Of a stretch of DNA of 64,000 nucleotides, positions 62,187 to 64,000 are shown piece by piece (the stretch's first letter is position 1; each line of letters starts with the position of its first letter). The notes under the pieces are model-generated. The model ran no database searches. It had not been told where the DNA came from and was given only the letters and a program-made list of their open reading frames with translations. Source of the stretch: Gemmobacter sp. (GTDB lineage: Bacteria; Pseudomonadota; Alphaproteobacteria; Rhodobacterales; Rhodobacteraceae); NCBI GenBank assembly GCA_046292445.1, contig JBKBQT010000004.1, positions 19,206 to 83,205 of the forward strand, in the 5' to 3' direction. The position numbers and the translations under genes were made by a program.

Positions 62187-63830
62187 TCACACCAGCCGCG
62201 CCCCCTCCACCGCCGCCCGCACGAAATCGGCGAAGAGCGGGTGCGGGGCGAAGGGTTTAGATTTCAGTTCCGGATGGAACTGGACGCCGATGAACCACGG
62301 GTGGCCCTTGACCTCGACAATTTCGGGGAGGCGGCCGTCCGGCGACATGCCGGAAAACCACAGCCCGCAGGCCTCGAGCCGCGCGCGGTAGTCGATATCC
62401 ACCTCGTAGCGGTGCCGGTGGCGTTCCTCGATCTCGAGCGTGCCATAGACCTCGGCCGCCTTCGAGCCCGGTGCAAGGCGCGCGGTATAGGCGCCGAGCC
62501 GCATCGTGCCGCCCTTGTCGTCCCCCGGGCGGCGGGCGACGACGTGATTGCCCTGCACCCATTCCTTGAGGTGATAGACGACCGGCGTGAACCGGCGCGC
62601 GCCGGCCTCGTGATCGAACTCCTCCGACCCGGCATCGGCGACCCCGGCGAGGTTGCGCGCCGCCTCGATCACCGCCATCTGCATGCCAAGACAGATGCCG
62701 AGATAGGGCACCCCCTTCTCGCGCGCGAATTGTGCGGCCTTGATCTTGCCCTCCGTCCCCCGTTCGCCAAAGCCGCCGGGCACGAGGATCGCGTGAAACC
62801 CCTCGAGCCATGGCCCCGGATCCTCGCGCTCGAAGATCTCGGCGTCGATCCATTCCGCCTTGACGCGCACCCGGTTGGCGATGCCGCCATGGGTCAGCGC
62901 CTCGGCGATGGATTTGTAGGCATCCTCGAGCTGGGTATACTTGCCGACCACTGCGACGCGCACGGTGCCCTCGGCATTCTCGAGCCGGTCCATCACGTCT
63001 TCCCAGCGCGCGAGGTTGGGCCGCGGCGCGGGCGCGATCCCGAAGGCATCGAGCACCGCCTGATCGAGGCCCGCGCGATGATAGGCCATCGGCGCCTCGT
63101 AGATTGAGCGGAGGTCATAGGCCGGGATCACCGCCGCCTCGCGCACGTTGCAAAAGAGCGCGATCTTGGCCCGCTCGCGGTCGGGGATGGGATGCTCGCT
63201 GCGGCACACGAGGATGTCGGGGGCGATGCCGATCGCGCGCAGTTCCTTGACCGAATGCTGCGTCGGCTTGGTCTTGAGCTCGCCCGAGGCCGCCAGATAG
63301 GGCAGCAGCGTCAGATGCATGAAGATGCACTGTCCGCGCGGGCGTTCTTGCGCGAACTGGCGGATTGCCTCGAAGAACGGCAGGCCCTCGATATCGCCGA
63401 CCGTGCCGCCGATCTCGCAGAGCATGAAATCCACCCCGTCCTCGCCGATGGCGAGGAAGTCCTTGATCTCGTTGGTGACATGCGGGATCACCTGGATCGT
63501 CTTGCCGAGGTAGTCGCCCCGCCGCTCCTTCTCGAGGACGGTGGAATAGATCCGCCCCGACGAGACCGAATCCGTCTTGCGCGCCGCAACCCCCGTGAAG
63601 CGTTCGTAATGCCCGAGGTCGAGGTCGGTTTCCGCGCCGTCGTCGGTGACGAAAACCTCGCCATGCTCGAACGGGCTCATCGTGCCGGGATCGACATTGA
63701 GATAGGGGTCGAGCTTGCGCAGCCGCACCGTGTAGCCGCGCGCCTGCAGCAGCGCCCCGAGCGCGGCAGAGGCGAGCCCCTTGCCGAGCGAGGACACGAC
63801 GCCGCCAGTGATGAAGATGTAGCGCGCCAT
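62187..63830 (-). CDS. pyrG: CTP synthase
   Basis: 547 aa from the ATG at 63830 ([18 protein letters not shown]). Glutaminase motifs GICLGMQ and HRHRYE. Confidence 0.97.
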   Translation of the reverse strand: MARYIFITGGVVSSLGKGLASAALGALLQARGYTVRLRKLDPYLNVDPGTMSPFEHGEVFVTDDGAETDLDLGHYERFTGVAARKTDSVSSGRIYSTVLEKERRGDYLGKTIQVIPHVTNEIKDFLAIGEDGVDFMLCEIGGTVGDIEGLPFFEAIRQFAQERPRGQCIFMHLTLLPYLAASGELKTKPTQHSVKELRAIGIAPDILVCRSEHPIPDRERAKIALFCNVREAAVIPAYDLRSIYEAPMAYHRAGLDQAVLDAFGIAPAPRPNLARWEDVMDRLENAEGTVRVAVVGKYTQLEDAYKSIAEALTHGGIANRVRVKAEWIDAEIFEREDPGPWLEGFHAILVPGGFGERGTEGKIKAAQFAREKGVPYLGICLGMQMAVIEAARNLAGVADAGSEEFDHEAGARRFTPVVYHLKEWVQGNHVVARRPGDDKGGTMRLGAYTARLAPGSKAAEVYGTLEIEERHRHRYEVDIDYRARLEACGLWFSGMSPDGRLPEIVEVKGHPWFIGVQFHPELKSKPFAPHPLFADFVRAAVEGARLV

Positions 63831-64000
63831 GAGGCCCCCCGCGATCTGGACGACCCACGCGGGAATCGCGGGATCACGGGGTTTGAGATATAGACCCATC
63901 ACCCGCTACGCGCAACGCAACATCCAGCCCCGTGGCCCGACGCAGCGTCAAGCGCTTGTGGCGTCAGTCTGCGCGCGGCGGCGTCAGCGGCGCGGCCGGC

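Noticed and set aside
63964-64000. A possible 3' end of a minus-strand gene (secG-like tail ...PAAPLTPPRAD, stop at 63964-63966) upstream of pyrG.
   Set aside because: Only about 12 codons are visible before the window ends, which is too little to support a call. The secG idea rests only on common secG-pyrG synteny.

Overview
This is a high-GC chromosomal segment from an alphaproteobacterium. Protein sequences and gene order suggest Rhodobacterales, but that is inference, not a search result. I call about 50 protein genes and find no rRNA, tRNA, CRISPR array, transposase, integrase or prophage genes.

Most of the window is core housekeeping: rpoB (5' end cut by the window edge) and rpoC, glyQ and glyS, a ppdK-like gene, folP-glmM, ilvC, ubiA, rsmE, gshA, phaA-phaB, tag, rnd, pheT, rpsU, ald, mscL and pyrG.

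Features that stand out:
1. A tightly coupled six-gene operon of unknown function at 15136-21768. It encodes a TelA-like coiled-coil protein, two sizeable proteins with no motif I recognise, a classical-clade AAA ATPase with an IDDID Walker B, and two small membrane proteins. It is my best candidate for an undescribed system.
2. Directly downstream, waaA and lpxK homologs keep open reading frames but have lost essentially every catalytic motif. The neighbouring trypsin-like protein on the opposite strand has all three catalytic-triad residues replaced.
3. A bipartite palindromic hairpin repeat with core TTCG-N1-2-CGAA occurs three times, each copy starting at or just after a stop codon. One copy lies inside the rpoB-rpoC operon.
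4. glyQ and glyS are separated by two translationally coupled inserted genes, a membrane protein and gltS.
5. The PPDK homolog has an intact phosphohistidine/PEP half but a degenerate ATP-grasp half.
6. A lipoprotein gene is disrupted by an in-frame TAG plus a frameshift.
7. A possible frameshifted small ORF lies in the 450-bp glmM/ilvC gap.

Many very long ORFs in the supplied track are antisense shadow ORFs typical of high-GC DNA, and I rejected them. All family assignments come from reading the translations; no database search was run.
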